Shown piece by piece: positions 63,922-64,000 of a stretch of 64,000 nt of DNA; within the stretch, counting starts at the first letter, position 1, and every line of letters starts with the position of its first letter. The translations under genes were made by a program, and so were the position numbers. Under the pieces are notes generated by a model. It saw only the letters and a list, made by a program, of their open reading frames with translations, was not told the DNA's origin and did no database searches. The stretch is taken from positions 68,572,001-68,636,000 of the forward strand of contig OX597817.1 in the NCBI GenBank assembly GCA_951406725.2. Reading direction: 5' to 3'. Origin of the DNA: Octopus vulgaris. Lineage: Eukaryota.

Positions 63922-64000
63922 GGGTGCTACAAGTAGCACCAGTACTCTAAAAATAGCCATCAGAAGACGACTATAACTACAAATTTTCGATGATACACTT

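Overview
AT-rich, repeat-dense eukaryotic (animal) DNA. The tRNA-derived SINE families and the very high microsatellite load look like an octopus (coleoid cephalopod) genome; that is an inference from recognising the repeats. No intact protein-coding gene is visible. Nearly all ORFs in the track are microsatellite or SINE read-through, or decayed transposon fragments. One plausible host exon with a start codon lies at 58580-58652 (+), so much of the window may be intronic or upstream sequence. Recognisable content: three abundant SINE families; Tc1, mariner, maT-like and pogo/Tigger remnants; MITEs with TA, TTAA or 8-bp target-site duplications (TSDs); two non-autonomous Helitrons; an LTR with a polypurine tract; RTE 5' and CR1/L2-group 3' fragments; L1/Tx1-like ORF1 (gag) remnants; and a decayed Penelope-like element (PLE) with RT C-terminus, GIY-YIG and a type I hammerhead. 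The most interesting signals are: (1) a diverged family of ~180-195-bp non-coding elements, each with a minimal hammerhead-ribozyme fold, that abut (TA)n microsatellites (retrozyme-like or solo PLE repeats); (2) apparent ORF1-only (HAL1-like) retroelements, one of which shares a 3' tail motif with a SINE; (3) a SINE body that is multimerised at a fixed junction at two independent loci. Coordinates were counted by eye, and the ends of decayed repeats are approximate.
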